Source: Vicinamibacterales bacterium | GTDB lineage: Bacteria > Acidobacteriota > Vicinamibacteria > Vicinamibacterales > CAVVIG01 | Assembly: GCA_036268855.1 (NCBI GenBank) | Contig: DATATJ010000197.1 | Location: forward strand, 2,315-66,314 | Length of the DNA: 64,000 bases | Reading direction: 5' to 3' | Shown here: positions 63,163-64,000 of the stretch, in pieces | Layout: each line of letters begins with the position of its first letter | How positions within the stretch are numbered: the first letter of the stretch is position 1 | Program-made: the position numbers and the translations under genes | The notes under the pieces: generated by a model | Told to the model about the DNA's origin: nothing | Seen by the model: the letters and a program-made list of their open reading frames with translations, nothing else | Database searches by the model: none

Positions 63163-64000
63163 GGCTGGCTCCCTCGTAGATCGGCGGCGACTGATTCGAA
63201 CGCCGCCAAGTGCGCGTCGATGTCGGCGTCGGTGTGCGCCACCGACACGGTCCACTGTTCGTCGTAGTACTGCCCGCCGGGGATGACGCCGCGCTCCAGC
63301 ATCCCGAAGTAGTACCGCCAGAATGCCTGCTTGTTGACGCGCAGGAAGTCGCGGTAGTGCCGCACCGGTTCGCGGCAGAAGTAAATGCAGCCGTTCGCGC
63401 CGACACCGGTCGCATGCGCCGTCAGGCCGGCCGCGTCGATGATGCGCATGTAGCCGTCGATCAGCCGGCGGTTCAGGCGCCGGGCACGGGCGCACGCGTC
63501 GGGCGTCAGCACGTCCCGCAGCGCGGCCAGCGCCGCGGCGACGGCGAGCGGGGCCGCGTTGTAGGTGCCCGCATGAAAGACGTCGAGCCGCTCGATGACG
63601 GCCATTACGTCCGCCCGTCCGCCGAAGGCGGCAATCGATCCGCCGCCGCCGAACGACTTCGCGATGGTGACGAGGTCGGGCGCCACGCCGTAGTACTCCG
63701 CCGCGCCTCCGGCGGCGAGCTTCGTGCCCGTCTTGACCTCGTCGAAGATCAGCAGCGCCCCTTCGCGCGTGCAGATCGCGCGCAGCGCGTCCAGGAAACC
63801 CGGCTCCGGCTGGCAGACGCCGATGTTCATCATCACCGGCTCGACGATGAGAGCGGCAATCCCGCCGCGGTGACGCTCGAACGCCGACTCGACCGACGAC
63901 CGATCGTTGAACGTGGCCGCGATCGTGAGCGCCGCAATCGCGCCGGGAATCCCGGTGGACGCCGGCACGGATGCCGGCGCGCCGATCGGCCCCGAGGCAC
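63159..64000 (-). CDS. class-III aminotransferase (glutamate-1-semialdehyde aminomutase-like), 3' part; continues past window end
   Basis: LIFDEVKTG.KLA.GGA.EYYGV.PDL.T.AKS.GGG (PLP lysine) and FHAGTYN..PLA. The stop overlaps the M20 start (ATGA). Confidence 0.85.
   Translation of the reverse strand, partial: ASGPIGAPASVPASTGIPGAIAALTIAATFNDRSSVESAFERHRGGIAALIVEPVMMNIGVCQPEPGFLDALRAICTREGALLIFDEVKTGTKLAAGGAAEYYGVAPDLVTIAKSFGGGGSIAAFGGRADVMAVIERLDVFHAGTYNAAPLAVAAALAALRDVLTPDACARARRLNRRLIDGYMRIIDAAGLTAHATGVGANGCIYFCREPVRHYRDFLRVNKQAFWRYYFGMLERGVIPGGQYYDEQWTVSVAHTDADIDAHLAAFESVAADLRGSQP

Noticed and set aside
1-64000. A mobile element, prophage or genomic island, as might be expected in an accessory region.
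   Set aside because: I recognised no transposase, integrase, recombinase, tRNA attachment site, phage structural gene or flanking long direct repeat. Base composition of the coding regions looks uniform by eye. The only decay signatures are the ADOP stump and the M20 frameshift.

Overview
This is a high-G+C, gene-dense chromosomal segment with about 58 protein-coding genes. I found no rRNA, tRNA, CRISPR array, transposase or integrase. All family calls come from reading the supplied translations and recalling motifs; no database search was run. Start codons were re-picked by eye from signal peptides, SD-like sequences and conserved N-termini.

The gene content suggests a soil Acidobacteriota-like heterotroph. 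This is an inference from four things: a CarboxypepD_reg-type TonB-dependent receptor, a remnant of an ADOP-type permease, a DUF1800/DUF1501 pair, and a very high density of secreted peptidases.

The main theme is extracytoplasmic proteolysis plus amino-acid and amine catabolism:
- Peptidases: two S58/P1, two M28, four M20-type and two M14-type.
- PLP and FAD enzymes: two class-III aminotransferases, PruA, ThiO-like oxidase, a GcvT-like protein and an aromatic amino-acid decarboxylase.
- Others: an aldehyde dehydrogenase, a Rieske oxygenase, an FMN alpha-hydroxy-acid dehydrogenase and a CN-hydrolase.

Observations most worth a second look:
1. A canonical BMC-H microcompartment shell gene (30427-30723) has no other shell or core gene within 64 kb. 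It sits directly behind a D-threonine-aldolase-family PLP enzyme.
2. Intergenic arrays of 7-8-nt 'words' recur across the window. Three are exactly 48 bp long. One is a G-quadruplex-capable (GGGATCN)7 array lying 9 nt from a peptidase start codon.
3. A 540-bp convergent spacer holds a 58-bp minisatellite (4 copies), ten 8-nt words and inverted copies of the same words.
4. A TonB-receptor-centred peptidase/transaminase locus resembles a peptide-utilisation locus.
5. An operon encodes a giant M14 peptidase followed by two paralogous multi-CarboxypepD_reg secreted proteins.
6. A PilT-like ATPase is translationally coupled into a redox-enzyme gene string.

There are also two decayed genes: an ADOP permease remnant and a frameshifted M20 peptidase.
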